Positions 24,344 through 36,722 of a stretch of DNA of 64,000 nt are shown one piece after another (the first letter of the stretch is position 1; each line of letters begins with the position of its first letter). The translations under genes were made by a program, and so were the position numbers. The stretch is from assembly GCA_026770705.1 (NCBI GenBank), contig JANJGN010000038.1, positions 4,960,001 to 5,024,000 of the forward strand, written 5' to 3'. The stretch comes from Isurus oxyrinchus (Eukaryota). Under the pieces are notes generated by a model. It saw only the letters and a program-made list of their open reading frames with translations, searched no databases and was not told the origin of the DNA.

Positions 24344-25525
24344 TGATGAAGACTTTAAGCAGGATATCAGTCAGTAAAATCTTCAGATTGCTGCTACCGG
24401 AATGACAATTGTCTCTTCCAGTTTCACTCTTCCAAAAATAAAGAGGGGAGCATTCATTGTGGATACGTGGAAACAGGCTGATCCCACCCACTGCAGAGAC
24501 ATCCATGTCACCGGGAACCAGCTCTCCTACAACCGGTGACGTCTCCCTTCGAGTCTTTGCGTTCCTTGACTGTTACCAAGTATTCTGATTGTCCCGAAGC
24601 CGAAATTAGGTTTGAATTCCTGATGTGCAGTAACGAGAATCCTTTCAATGTCTCTGATCAGTTAATTTCACTGAGAACATCAGAGTCAATGTTCCTGTGT
24701 CTTAAAGAAGGGAAAGGTGCCTTGACTGTCTCTGCTCAGTCCGACAGTTCACCCTTCATTCTCCTCTGATTCTGGTTCCCAAAGAGTTTCTAAAGATTCA
24801 CAAAGCTGGTGACTGGGTTTTCTGTTTTGGTTCCTTCTCCATTTTGCCACCTGCTAACTGATAATATTTTCCAAAATCTCATCTTAATCCCTCAATGCAA
24901 GACGCATCATTTCCAGGGTTGAGGAAATTCAGTTTTGTGGAGAGATTATAGAGACCGGGATTGTTCTCTTTAGAGCAAAGAAGTTTAAGTGGAGATTTCA
25001 TTGAGCTGTCCAAAATGAAGTGGGTGGGGGCAGTGGGGACGGGCGGCTTGATGGTGCAGATAGGGAGAGACTGTTTCTACTGACGGGGGTCAGTAACAAC
25101 AGGATTGGGATTTAAAGATAGTTAAGGAAAGACAGACTTGCATTTATACAGCGCATTCCTGACCAGCGGATGTCTGAAACCATTTTCAAGACAGTTAAGC
25201 ACTTGTTGAAATAAAAACAGAAAATGCTTGAGAAACTCGGCAGGTTTTGTTTTCCACAGACGCTGTCAGACCTGCTGAGTCTTACCTGCATTTAATGTTT
25301 TTATTTCAGATTTCCAGTATTTTGCTTTTATTGAAGTACTTTCTGAAGGAGAGTCATTGTTCTCATGCAGGGAGCACGGCAGCCAATCGCTGCTCCTCAA
25401 ACACACAAAGCCAGGGACTTGACAATGCGCAGATCTTATAAACTTAGTTGAAGGATAAACAGTGACCATGACACATGACCACATCCTGCTGTCTTCAACA
25501 AACTTCAATCTGCAAGTTTTGATGA

Positions 25526-25599
25526 TGGTTCTGGCCAGTCTCTAACGAGGCAACTCTTCACATATGAGGTAAACATGACAACCACTGCCCTGCAGAAAC
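25526..25599 (-). pseudogene. tRNA-Val(CAC)-derived pseudogene (loop now CAT)
   Basis: GTTTCTGCAGGGCAGTGGTTGTCATGTTTACCTCATATGTGAA..; B box destroyed. Confidence 0.7.
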
Positions 25600-26358
25600 A
25601 GGGGACAGGAGAAAAGCTCAATGGGCCTCACTAAAATGTTAAGCGGTGACGTCATGCAGCAGCACTTATTTTGAAGAAATTGATTTCGGCTGTTCTCTTT
25701 GGGAATGCTGGAGAAAGATTGATCCCATAATGTTATCATCGAAAGGCACAGCTCTACAAGAGGCCCATAGTATCGATGTCAGTTTTTCACAAAGAGCTTT
25801 CGACTTAATCTCAATTTCTTTGTCTCTTTCCATAACTCTGATTTTTTTCTCCCTTTCAAATCATTGTCCAATTCCCTTTTGAAAACTCTGAGTTAAGAAC
25901 AACAATATTGAAAGAGGTGCAGGAGCTTCTGCAGTGTCCATACACAGTGTGTGAAAGTTAACAAAGATTCCCTGACTCATTGAGATGAAGGGTTGGACTC
26001 TGAATTCTTTTACAATTATTCAAATTTTAAAAATAGTTGAGTTCAAATCGAATTTTCAGAAAACAAATGTCTATTCTGACCAATCATCTCCTCATTTTCC
26101 TCAGTGGATATCTTTTACCAAAATTTCATTCAATAAACAGGCACAGTCACCACAGGAAAAAAAAACCACATTATTTGAAACATTGAAATAATGAAGTTAA
26201 TAGTTGAGATGATTTCTGTATGTTACAAAGTGCAGGATGATCCGATTAACTGGCGGAGCTGGTTCGAGTTTCCCAATGACCTATTCCTGCTCCTTTGCTT
26301 CTGTTCTATTTCGATGATAATACCAGTGAAGGGAATTATGAGCAGGTATATGCAACGT

Positions 26359-26441
26359 GATAGTGTGGCCGAGCAGTTTAAGTCGCTGGATTTAAGGCTC
26401 CCGTATCTACAGAACTGTGAGGTCCAGTTCTACCGCTGCCA
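26359..26441 (+). pseudogene. tRNA-Leu(AAG) pseudogene
   Basis: GATAGTGTGGCCGAGCAGTTTAAGTCGCTGGATTTAAGGCTCC..ACCGCTGCCA; extra T in the anticodon loop; T arm decayed. Confidence 0.8.
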
Positions 26442-26725
26442 AGCGTTCAGGTTCCCCACCTTTTGGGATCTGCAGCAGCCCCTTTCAAACCAACAGATCG
26501 ACAGATACCAGCTCACACTAGCGGAGTGTGCGGTGTTTTATTTTGAAAGGAAGAAAGAGGAGAGGCAATATAAATATCAGTTGCTGTGGGGAAAAGGCGG
26601 GATCTGGAATTACAGTCGTTGAGTTGCTCGTCTAGAGAGTCGGCATGTAAACGACATGGTGAATAACCGTCTGATGTAGCCACCTGTGATTTTATACAAA
26701 CATCATTAATGCAAATCTGGGGCTT

Positions 26726-26807
26726 GGATTCGTGACTGAGTGGTTAAGGTGAGAGGTTTCGAATGCATTGGGAGCTCCACAGGTAGGCTGGGATCCTGTT
26801 AATTATG
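26726..26807 (+). pseudogene. tRNA-Ser pseudogene, decayed
   Basis: TCGTGACTGAGTGGTTAAGGTGA..CATTGGG..ATCCTG; followed by the Ser-downstream spacer. Confidence 0.7.
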
Positions 26808-27565
26808 CTCCTTATCATTCCTGAATTTTACAGTGTACCTGCACAATTAATTATCGGAATAAGCTGAATAAAAAACATCTAAAACCTCCAGCGTTCTCTA
26901 ATTTCTATTCGTCTGTAAACGTTCACAAAAGTTGCAGCGATAAATGGAACAAAAACGAAACCAGATTGGTGTCAGGCTTGATTTTTGGGTGTTTGTACCT
27001 CCTTCGAGACAATCCCATGCCCTTTGTCACTCTCGGTGTATGTGTCTGTGTTTGTTCCTCTGTGTGTGTCAAGGTGGTTCAGTTCCCCAAGGGCATGTAC
27101 ACATTTGTACCATCAGCAACGTTATTGACATTAGTTTCAAATTTCACAGAGAAAGATATCAGGATGGAAGATGCAGGAGGAGTTTGCAATGTTTGGAAGG
27201 AGGTGCAGCTAAAAGGGGGAAGATTCAGGGAAAAGTTTTCTTCTCACTTAACACGAGATTTGGAACAAGATCTGAGAGATATTTGTGTCGGTGTAAACAG
27301 TAAAGCCTCCCTTATTCCCGCTATATTTTGCCTTGCACAAGCATCTCTCTGGTTAGGGTTTTGCAAACTATCACAGACCTTCTCTCATTCCCTATCTTCA
27401 CCTCTATATTTGTTCTCGACCTGTTGCACGGGTGACATTTCCAGCTCAGAGGCAGAACTCCAGCTCTCACTCCACTGATTCTGGCAGAGATGAGCGTCTT
27501 CTGTTTTTAATCAAGAAACAACTCAGACTCATTTTAACAGTTTGCACGAAGTCAATAAATCTCCA

Positions 27566-27637
27566 TTCCCTGACCAGGAATCAAACCTGGACCACAGCAG
27601 TGAAAGTACTGAATCCTGACCACTAGACCACCAAGAA
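27566..27637 (-). pseudogene. tRNA-Glu(TTC) pseudogene with CpG decay
   Basis: 72 nt; nearly all differences are C>T or G>A transitions; B box GGTTTGATTCC. Confidence 0.85.
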
Positions 27638-27724
27638 AGCTGCTTACACGCTTCACAAGTGGCTTATCTATGCTACCAGTATCTTTTATTTTTGTTTCAG
27701 ACCTTTTTCACCAGAGACACATTT

Positions 27725-28800
27725 CATAAGAACATAAGGACATTAGAAATTGGAACAGGAGTCGGACATTCGGCCCCTCCAGCCTACCCCGCTATTCAAT
27801 AAGATCATGGCTACTCTCCCCCAGGTCTCAACTGATCTTTCCTGCCAGCTCCTCATAGCCCTCAATCCCCGATATTTCAAAAATCTATCTACTCCTCTTT
27901 AAATACTCTCAGTGAGCTAGCCTCCACAACTGTCTTGGGTAGAGAATTCCAACCATACACTACCCTCTGGGAGAAGAAATTCCTTCGCATCTCAGTTTTA
28001 AATGAGTGCCCTCCGATTCTGTAACTATGTCCCCTCGCTGGAGGTTCCCCCATTAGTGAAAACATCTTTTCAACATCTACCCTGTCAACCAGCTAGGAAT
28101 TTTACACATTTTAATAAGATCAACCCTCAGTATTCTAAACTCTAATGAATAAAGTCTTCACTTGCTTCACAGTTCTTGATTAGTCAACTCCTTCATCCCA
28201 GGAATCAGGCTAGTGAATCTCTTTTGAACTGCCTGCAATGCCAAAAATGCTTCCTTAAATATGGGGACCAAAACTGTACACAGGACCCCAGGTGCGGCCT
28301 CACCAACACCCTGTACAGCTGTAACAAGACTTCCCGATTTTTAAACTCCAACCACGAGCAAAACAGGCCAAAATTCCATTTGCCTTCTTAATGACTTGCT
28401 GCATCTGCATGCCAAGTGTTTTTTGTTTCATGCATAGGAACACTCAGATCCCTCTGTGCTGCACTTTTTTTGGAGTCTCCGCCATTTAAATAATATTCTG
28501 CCTTTCAATTCCTCCTAATAATGTGTATGATCTCAAACTTTCCTACATTACACTCCATCTGCCAACTTTTGCCCACTGACTCAACTTATCTATATCCCCT
28601 TGAAGATTCTTCAAGTCCTCATCACAACCTGACCTCCCACCTATTTTTATATCGTCAGGAAATTTGGATACATTACACTCTCCCCCTCCTCCATGTCATT
28701 AGTATAGATTGTAAATAATTGACTCCCTGAGACTGATCCTTATGGCACTCCATTAGTTACATCTTTCCAATCTGAATAATCCCGACTGTCTGTCTTCTGT
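27725..28800 (-). mobile_element. CR1 LINE 3' portion (RT C-terminus and ATAAGAAC-type tail)
   Basis: CATAAGAACATAAG tail and CR1 terminus; [17 protein letters not shown]; GVP.GSV motif near 28740. Confidence 0.88.
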
Positions 28801-29335
28801 GTGTTAAATTGGACTCTTCAAATTGCAGGGTTCATGTAGGGTAATAGGGATCACACTCTCTCACACACGGAAAGTTTCCCGAAACATTGCAGAGTTTGTG
28901 TAGAGTAACAGGGATTATGGTCTCTCACCAAAGAAGGTTCCCCGTGTGAAAATGGGGTGGAAGCATTAACAGAATTAAGTGTGAGGAAAGATTGCATCGT
29001 TCCCGTTTGTTGTTAAGTAGTAACTGGATGCATCATCTCAAAACAAAGTGACATTTATACTTCTCCAGGTTTTGAATAATATTCTGAAAAGTGCATGGCT
29101 TGGCAAAAAGAGAGAAAGATGGGGACGGATTTGCTGTAAGGCTGTTCGCACATGTGTGAGGTGTTGAATGAATTGCTTATGTGCTGTGCCATCTCATGAT
29201 TCTAATGTTTGATCAATTTCTCTACCGCATGGCTCAGGTTCTCAATCGAATTGTACTTCCACAAAACAAGGTTCGGAACTGCAATAAGATAGCAAAGTTT
29301 AATATTCTAAGTCGTTCTGCAAGGAGTTGCGTGTA

Positions 29336-29409
29336 GTTTTTGTAGTCCAATGTTATCACATTTGCTGTACATGGGGAAGATTCTCTGGTTCAAAATTCAC
29401 TGCGGAGAA
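29336..29409 (+). pseudogene. tRNA-Val(TAC)-like pseudogene
   Basis: GTTTTTGTAGT..GTTATCACATTTGC..TACA..GGTTCAAAA. Confidence 0.55.
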
Positions 29410-29500
29410 GTAGAACTGGCAACATTTGTGGAAACATTTCTTGATAACCCAATTCTGTGCGACAATGAATGTTGATGGGAGGAAAAAACATTGGAACCTT

Positions 29501-29563
29501 CGGCCCTGAGAACCACCAAACGTTCAGTTAGTCGAACACGCTGATCAGTTGTGCCGTAGGGAC
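29501..29563 (-). pseudogene. tRNA-Asn pseudogene with anticodon and T-arm deletions
   Basis: 63-nt remnant lacking GTT and 8 nt of the T arm. Confidence 0.7.
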
Positions 29564-29754
29564 GGATGTAACTTTCCACGTTCTTTGCACAAGTGCAGCC
29601 GAGTCTCTTTGAACATCAGCACATCTTTCTCACCTTTTCAAACGTGTTCTGCTTTGTTGTTTTTTTAAAAGTTACTACGACTGACTGAGTTACTTCAGTC
29701 TTTGCAACATTTTTCTCCATCTCCCATCTTGTTGTCCAGTCGCTTCTTATATAT

Positions 29755-31020
29755 TACAAAAACATAAATTCCTGGAAAAACTCAACAGGTCTCACAGACT
29801 CGGTGGAGAGGGAAACAGTGTTAACGTTTCGAGTCCGTATAACTCTTCTTCAGAGATGAAGAAAAGTAGAAATTGTTTAAATTCTCCTGTTTAAGCAGGG
29901 CGGGACGGGTGGAGCAGGTGATTCTGGATAGAAGGTCAGTGATAAGTGGGGGCTAAGGAGAGACTGACAAATATTCGCTGGACACAAGACAAAGGGAGTG
30001 TTAATTGTAGTGGTAAGGGCTGAAGAAGGTGCTGATAGTGACATAAAGCTAAGAAAGCAGGATATGTGAATAGCAGAACAAGGTTCAGCGCTCTGTGAAA
30101 AAAACAACATGGAACAAGTAACAGCTGGCCCTTTTGGGGGTGGGATGTGGGAGGGGAAGATAGTTGGGGAAAAAAGATAGAAAAGGGGAGAATAAAAGGG
30201 GTGGGGTGAAATAATGAATAAATGAATGAAAAATAAGTTAATAAAATACATTTTTATAAGGAGATTTTAAAAAGGGTGAAAATGAAGGAGAGAGTTCATG
30301 ATCTGAAGCTGCTGAACTTCATGTTACATCCGGAAGACTATAAAGTGCCTAGTTGGAAGATGAGGTGCTGTTCCTCGAGTTTGTGCTGAGCTTCACTGGA
30401 ACAATGCAGCAAGCCAAGGACAGACATGTGCAGATGACAGCAGGGTGGAGTGTTGAAATGGCAAATGACAGGGTGGTCTGGGTCATGCTTGCAGACAGAC
30501 TGAAGATGTTGCACAAAGCGGTCGTCAGTCTGTGTTTGGTCTCTCCAATGTAGGGGAGACCACATTGGGAGCAGTGAATGCAATGGACCAAATTGGAGGT
30601 GCAAATGAAGCGCTGCTTCACCTGAAATGAGTGTTTGGGCACTTGGAAGGTGAGGAGAGAGGCCCCTAAAGGGCCATCTGTCATTGCTCTATGTTGTTCT
30701 TTCACGAAGTGCTGATCCTTATTCTGCTATTCACACATTCTGCTTTCTTACCTTTATAGCACCATTTTTAGCCCTTACCGCTACCATTAACACTCCCTTT
30801 GTCTTGTGCCCATAATATCTTTGTCAATTCCTCCTGACTTCCCCAACTGCTCCACCCCACGCCCTCGTAAACAGTATAAAACAGTAAACATTTCTGCTTC
30901 TCTTTAGCTCTGAAGAAGATTACACAGACTCGAGACGTTGACTCTGTTTCTCTCTCCACAGATGCTGTCGGATGCTGAGTTTGTACTTCAGATTTCCAGC
31001 ATCCACAGTACTTTAACTTA
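29755..31020 (-). mobile_element. Penelope-like element fragment (GIY-YIG + 3' region) followed by an inverted copy of its 3' end
   Basis: FQVKQRFICTSNLVHCIHCSQCGLPYIGETKHRL; 30661-31010 is the reverse complement of ~29790-30130; hammerhead motifs at 29817-29856 (minus) and 30906-30943 (plus). Confidence 0.88.
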
Positions 31021-31126
31021 AAAGCAAAATGCTTCACCACAGTACTTTGCATTTTCTTCTTATATATTAATATTCGGTTTTTCAGCTTTCCACATAACTT
31101 CATATTCTCAGTTAAAGGTTAATGAA

Positions 31127-31199
31127 AGGCTCTAGTGAAGGTTGAACTTACAGCCCCTGATGTATAAGAGCAGTGCCCCAACTACTGAGCTATGGAGCC
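31127..31199 (-). pseudogene. tRNA-Thr(TGT)-derived pseudogene (loop now TAT)
   Basis: GGCTCCATAGCTCAGTAGTTGGGGCACTGCTCTTATACATCAGGGG..GAGCCT; 73 nt with Thr body. Confidence 0.75.
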
Positions 31200-31454
31200 A
31201 CCAGCTAACAAGACCACACAGGAAAGCGTCCATATTCAATAGACTGAGGTAGATGCTAAGTCCCAGGTGGGTGACATTTGAGAGACGTGAAAATGGCTGA
31301 GATGGAGAACAGGAAGTTAAAAGACGCGACATGAATTTGATGTGTGTCAGTTACTTTCAGAGATGAATTTCTGCCATGTGCCACCTTGTCAGTTTCACAG
31401 TAGCCGCAAAGATGAGGTTGGCGGCACCTGGTTAAAATGAGGAAGAATGTGAAC

Positions 31455-31536
31455 TGTGGTCAGCAGGATTCAAACCTACAGGGGGAGACCCCAATGGATT
31501 TCAAATCCGTCACCTTAAACATTCAGTTCGACTAAC
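31455..31536 (-). pseudogene. tRNA-Ser(TGA) pseudogene
   Basis: GGATTTGAAATCCATTGGGGTCTCCCC..GGTTTGAATCCTG; A box and acceptor stem decayed. Confidence 0.8.
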
Positions 31537-32201
31537 AGCTGCTCGCGAGCTCAAATGTGTCCTTATCAAATCAGAGGTGACTGCGAAATAAGTCAATCGG
31601 CCCGTCGTGTCTGTGCTGGCTCTCTGGAAGAGTAGCTCTACCGATTCCACACACCTGCCTTTACCCCCACAACAATTTATATTTGTATTGCCTCTCCGTG
31701 CTTTTCCAAACAAAATAAAGGACCACAACCCGCCCTGTATTAAACTAGATCTCCCTCTTGTTCTCCGAAAAGAAATTCCTAAAGTGTGCAAAAGTGGGAA
31801 TGTGACTCAAACTGTGGCAGCGCTAGAATTAGGATCAACTCCTCGAGGGACTGGAAGGAACCCAAGTCCAAATCTCCATGTCACTGGGTCAGGGAAACTG
31901 TGCATGGATTCTGCAGAAACTCATTCTTCAAAAGTGAATTAGACAGTTAGTTGAAATAGAGAAATTGAGGCTTATGGAAAGAGAGAGGAATATTGAGACT
32001 AATTGATTGCTCTTTAAAAAAGAAGCTGTGATGATCTAATAACTCTCCAACACGCTGTGCCATTTGATGATGACATTGTTGATCAGTCTGTCTCCAGCAT
32101 TCCTGATGAGAACAGTCGAATTCCATTTCTTCAAAACATGGACCCAAAGTGCTGCTGCGGAACTGCATTGTAGTCAGGTGCACTTGACACTGGTGCGTGA
32201 C

Positions 32202-32274
32202 GTTTCTGTAGCGTAGTGGTTATCACATTCCCCTTACACGTGAAAGGTCCTCGGTTCAAAACCTGGCAAAAACA
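32202..32274 (+). pseudogene. tRNA-Val(TAC), full length, likely pseudogene
   Basis: 73 nt; A and B boxes recognisable but one mismatch in each of the four stems. Confidence 0.8.
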
Positions 32275-32737
32275 TTGTTGAAAATTGTTCAATTAGGGGA
32301 GAGGGAAAGTTGCTTTGTTCCCTGCTTGTTGTTGAATATTAGCTGAATGCAGAATCTCACATTCGGATTGCACTTACTCTTCGTCTTTTCACGAAGTGGA
32401 CACAGCAAAGTGATGATATCCTTCAACTGGCAGCCGGTGAGTGGGGAATATTCAAAATGAATATTCAATAAATTGAATATTGGAACTCGCCAGGTAACAG
32501 GACAGTTGGCGATTTCTGTCCTCTTTAGTCGCTTAAGGACCCAATGACGAAGTGGGACTGTGAGCCAATGAATACTGCTCCAGCTAACAACAATCGCTGT
32601 TGTCATTGGCTGAAGAAGTCGCTTGTGTTCGACATAAACGTGTCATTTTGTGGGAGAAAAGTGCCTCTAGTGAAGGGGATGTGAAATGAAAATAAAATGC
32701 ACAGGTAGCATGGATAAGCCGGGCTGTGAAGTTGCAA

Positions 32738-32772
32738 GCCTTGGGGTCTAGTGGTTAGGATTTGGCGCTTAT
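32738..32772 (+). pseudogene. tRNA-Glu 5' half
   Basis: GGTCTAGTGGTTAGGATTTGGCGCTT, then similarity ends. Confidence 0.65.
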
Positions 32773-33633
32773 AATTGTCATGCGAATGATTAAAATAAAT
32801 GTGCATTACTTCCTGACTGAAAACTGAAAACGCGTATCAGCTCCGCCTGAATCAGTGGAGTGAGAGCTGCAGTTTTGCATCAGAGCCAGAAATGTCACCT
32901 GTGCAACAGGTCGGGAACAAACACAGAGGTGAAGGTAGGGAATCAGAGAAGGGCTGTGATAGGCTGAAAAGCAGCGACCATAGAGATACTGGTGCATGGG
33001 AAAACTGTAGAGGTGATAGGGGAGATTTTATTGTTTGCAATGACACAAATATTTCCCAGAGCTGTTTCCAAATCTCGTGCTAAATGAGAAGGAAATTTCC
33101 CACTGAATTTACTCAGTCCCATGACCTTAAAGGTGCTGAACACAAGGGAAGAAGGTGGATTTTACTGGAATGGGTTGTAAGATGATGGAATGACTGTGAA
33201 GGCAACAGCAGTGAGGATAGAAATGAAATAATTATAGAAATTTACAGCGCAGAAAGAGGCCATTCGGCCCGGCGCGCTGCTTTGAAAGAGCAGTTGTGAT
33301 TGGTTGATCAGTGATATTTGTCCCAGTTTGAACGGCAGGAAGAAAAATCTGTCCCATTCCTACCCACATTTTGCACCATCATCCCTTTAGTCAGTTTCTC
33401 TCTCATGCCTTGTAACCTATCACAGTCCTTCCCTTTTGTCCTTTCACTCCCCTCCCACTGCCTCTCGACTTGTTTTCCACCTGTTACATCTCTGACTTTT
33501 CCAGCTCTGATGAAAGATCATCCAGCTGGAAGATTATCTCTGTTTCTCACTCCACAGACGCTGCCAGACCTGATTTCATTCAAGAAGGAATTCCTGTTCA
33601 TTGTGATAGTTCACACAACGGAAAGGAAAAGTT

Positions 33634-33684
33634 TTCCCTGTACGGGAATTAAAACTAGGCTGCAGCGGTGAAAGCACCAAATGC
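33634..33684 (-). pseudogene. tRNA-Glu(TTC) 3' portion
   Basis: Minus ATTTGGTGCTTTCACCGCTGCAGCC..ATTCCCGTACAGGGAA. Confidence 0.65.
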
Positions 33685-33860
33685 TCAGAATTAAATACTC
33701 TGACTTTCAATGACGCAGAGAGCAGTTTTCACTCAGAAACCAGAAGCTGTGATATTAACAAAGCAGGATGGAGAAAGATTCGGTTTGAGCGGTGACACTG
33801 CCGGAGGAATGGAGACCTGGGGATCACCCATGGAAGCAGCAAGGTTTAAAAAGGGAATTT

Positions 33861-33933
33861 CGTCGAGCACAGGTCGCAAACCCAACAACCTGGCATTAAG
33901 AATCTCAGACGCTGTCGACTGAACTCGCCAGGC
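33861..33933 (-). pseudogene. tRNA-Lys(CTT) pseudogene
   Basis: GCCTGGCGAGTTCAGTCG..TGAGATTCTTAAT..; 73 nt; upstream flank matches the other Lys loci. Confidence 0.7.
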
Positions 33934-35070
33934 ATGTAAGAAGAGCGAAGTATTGCACATCCCAACATCCTTGGAGATCACTGCTGTTATAGACCTCAAG
34001 CCTCAGCTTGTTCTGAATTTCAAAGGTGATCGACCTCCAAAAGCCCCAAGTTTGCAATACATTCCTCTCAATCATCAATAACATCATTCACATCTTCCAC
34101 TTCTTAGCTGCACCTCCTTCCAAACATTGCAAACCCCTCTTCAATCTTTCATCTTGATATTGTCTCTGTAACATTTTAGTATGAAACTGCACAACCAATA
34201 TGAATAAAGCTTGTGATGGTGAAAATGTGTTCAACCCCTCGGGGAACTGAAGCACATTGACACACACAGACCTTTACACCGAGAGTGACAAACACCCAGA
34301 AAACAAGGATGTCACCAACTTGGCCAATTATTGTTCCATTTCAGCTTGCAAATTTAGTGAATGTTTGCAGAGGAACGGAAATAAGAAACACGGAAATAGT
34401 TGAATGGTTTTTATTTCATTTAACTGATCATTAATTCCGAAGGCAGTTTGCTAAAGTCAGGAGTGATTCGGGCTGTGACACAGGAAGGGACGAATGACGA
34501 TCAGGAGGAGGCCATTCAGCCCTTTGAACCTGCTCCGCCATTCAGTAAGATCATGGCTGATCTAATTGTGTCTCAAGGCTTCTCTGTCTCCTCAATATTT
34601 GGAAAATATTGTCAGTTGGCAGCTGGGAAAATGGAGAAGGACCCAAAACAGAAAACCCAGTCTCCAGCTTTGTGAATCTTTAGAAACTCTTTGGGAACCA
34701 GAATCAGAGGAGAATGAAGGGTGATCTGTTCGACTGACCAGAGACATTCAAGGCACCTTTCCCTTCTTTAAGACGCTGGAACATTGACTCTGAAGTTATC
34801 AGTGAAATTAACTGACCTGAGAGATTGAAATGATTCTCGTTACTGTACATCAGGAACTCCAACCTAACAGCGGCGTCAGGACAATCAGAATACTTGGTAA
34901 CAGACAAGACACCAAAAGGCTGGAAAGAAGACGGCACCGGTTGTCAGAGAGCACGTTCCTGGTGATATGGATGTGTCAGCAGTGGGTGGGATCAGACTGT
35001 TTCCATGTATCCACAGTGAACGTCCCTCCCTTTATTTTGGAAGAGTAAAAGTGAACAGAACAATTGTCAT

Positions 35071-35208
35071 AAAAACAAAAAAACTGCGGATGCTGGAAAT
35101 CCAAAACAAAAACAGAATTACCTGGAAAAACTCAGCAGGTCTGGCAGCACCGGCGGAGAAGAAAAGAGTTGACGTTTCGAGTCCTCATGACCCTTCAACA
35201 GAACTAGG
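35071..35208 (-). mobile_element. 138-bp Penelope-derived element with 5' minimal hammerhead and 8-bp TSD
   Basis: TSD ATTGTCAT at 35063-35070 and 35209-35216; empty paralogous site near 24402-24415. Confidence 0.9.
35167..35205 (-). ncRNA. Minimal type I hammerhead-ribozyme-like motif (variant core)
   Basis: AGTT-CUGUUGA-A-GGGUC augag GACUC-GAAAC-GUC-AACU; stems I and II pair; loopless palindromic stem III; GUC triplet; A6>U. Confidence 0.65.
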
Positions 35209-35291
35209 ATTGTCATCCCGGTAGCAGCAATCTGAAGCTTAAATTCACTGACACCCTGGTTTAGGAAAGTTGACAAGTCAGCCTTACGTCT

Positions 35292-35365
35292 GTCTCTGTG
35301 GCGCAATTGTTTATCACATTCAACTGTTAAGCAAAAAGTTGATGGTTCAAAACCACCCAGAGACA
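35292..35365 (+). pseudogene. tRNA-Asn(GTT) pseudogene
   Basis: GTCTCTGTGGCGCAATTG..CTGTTAA..GGTTCAAAACCACCCAGAGAC; D and anticodon stems broken. Confidence 0.85.
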
Positions 35366-36023
35366 AACGTGTCAAGCTTTTTTTCCCTATCAGCTTTCAT
35401 TGTCACACAGTTCCGGGCTCTCATTGGCTACTTGAGCTCCAAGGAATTATCCCGCAAACTTTACCCTTAACCAGTGTGTTCCCACACCGATGTTTTTGTT
35501 TTGAATGTTCATTTCAAACACAATAAAAAACAATAAATGACTATATAATTACACCTAACTCAATAGACACCTGTGAAATTATTGGATTCAAACAAACCCG
35601 TCAATGATTCTCTCTTTCTCGGCTCCACAGTGAGCGAGACAGAGAAAAGCAGAAAAGTAGCAATATTCCGGCCCCCACTCTCCAATCACCCGCTGCCAGC
35701 TGAAAGATTTTCTCACTTTGCTGAGGGTTTACCCTGTGAAGTGGTGAAGAGGAAATATAATGTGACTGAGATATATTACATTCACTTAACATGCAACTAC
35801 AAACGCGAATGATGTAAAAGGTGCCAGCTCACTGTCAAAATAGATGCCTGTCATTCTTCATTTAAACAGGAAGAGGGAGGAGAGACAACATCAATTTAAA
35901 TTGCAGTAGAGAAAATGTGGGGTTATCAAATTAGCTGTATTCCTTTTGCCATCAGACGGCATTGTCACGAAGGGCAGAATGTCGTCTTCCACTGCTGTAG
36001 ATATTAACCTGTGCACAGGGCCG

Positions 36024-36078
36024 GTTGTCGTGGTCGATTGATTTAGGTGATGGAGCCCAAGTCCATTGAGATTCCCAC
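36024..36078 (+). pseudogene. tRNA-Ser remnant lacking the T arm
   Basis: GTTGTCGTGGTCGA..AGGTGATGGA..TCCATTG. Confidence 0.55.
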
Positions 36079-36649
36079 TTGTCATTATTCTTGGTTTAAA
36101 ATGTGTCTACAGAGTTAATTATCGGTTAAATGCAATAAAATCCATACAAACACTTGGGTTTTTTTCTATTTCTGTTCGTTCACGAAAACACTAATGAAAC
36201 TTGGAACTGGAATAAAACTTGGTGTCATGCTTGCTTTATGAATATTTGCCTCTCCTTAGAGACAAACCTTTGCCCTCTGTCACCCTCGGTGCATATGTTT
36301 GTGTGTGTTCCTCTGTGTGTGTCAATATGAGTCAGTTCCCCGAGGGGTGAACACATTTTTACCATCACTAACTTTATTTAAATTAGTTGTACAACTTCAT
36401 GTTAAAACGTTAGAGAAAAATGTGAGGATGAAAAATGAAAGAGAGATTTTGAAATTTTTGGCAAGAGGTCTAACTAAGAAGTGGAAGATGTGAACGATGT
36501 TACTGAGATTGAGAGGAATGCATTGCAACCTTGGGGCTTTTGTAGGTCGACTCCCTTCTACACTCAGATTCAGAACAAGCTGAGGCTCCTGGTGAAAAAA
36601 ACACGTCTGTCGCCATATGTGTTGGGATATGAAGGATTCCTTCCCCCAT

Positions 36650-36722
36650 TCCCGGCTACCTCAGTCAATAGAATATAAAACGCTTAATTTCAGGGTCAGG
36701 TCTTGGAGCCCCATGCTGGGGG
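36650..36722 (+). pseudogene. tRNA-Lys(CTT) pseudogene
   Basis: CCCGGCTACCTCAGTCAATAGAA..CTTAATTTCAGGGTC..GAGCCCCATGCTGGG. Confidence 0.75.

Noticed and set aside
26359-26441. Possible frameshift-suppressor tRNA-Leu with an 8-nt loop
   Set aside because: T arm and B box are destroyed, so it is unlikely to be transcribed or folded
26709-26716. Octamer ATGCAAAT as a V-gene or snRNA promoter
   Set aside because: Isolated, with no leader, V exon or snRNA nearby; upstream of a dead tRNA
25526-31199. Apparent Met(CAT) and Ile(TAT) tRNAs at 25526 and 31127
   Set aside because: Bodies are Val and Thr; the anticodon changes are transitions in dead copies
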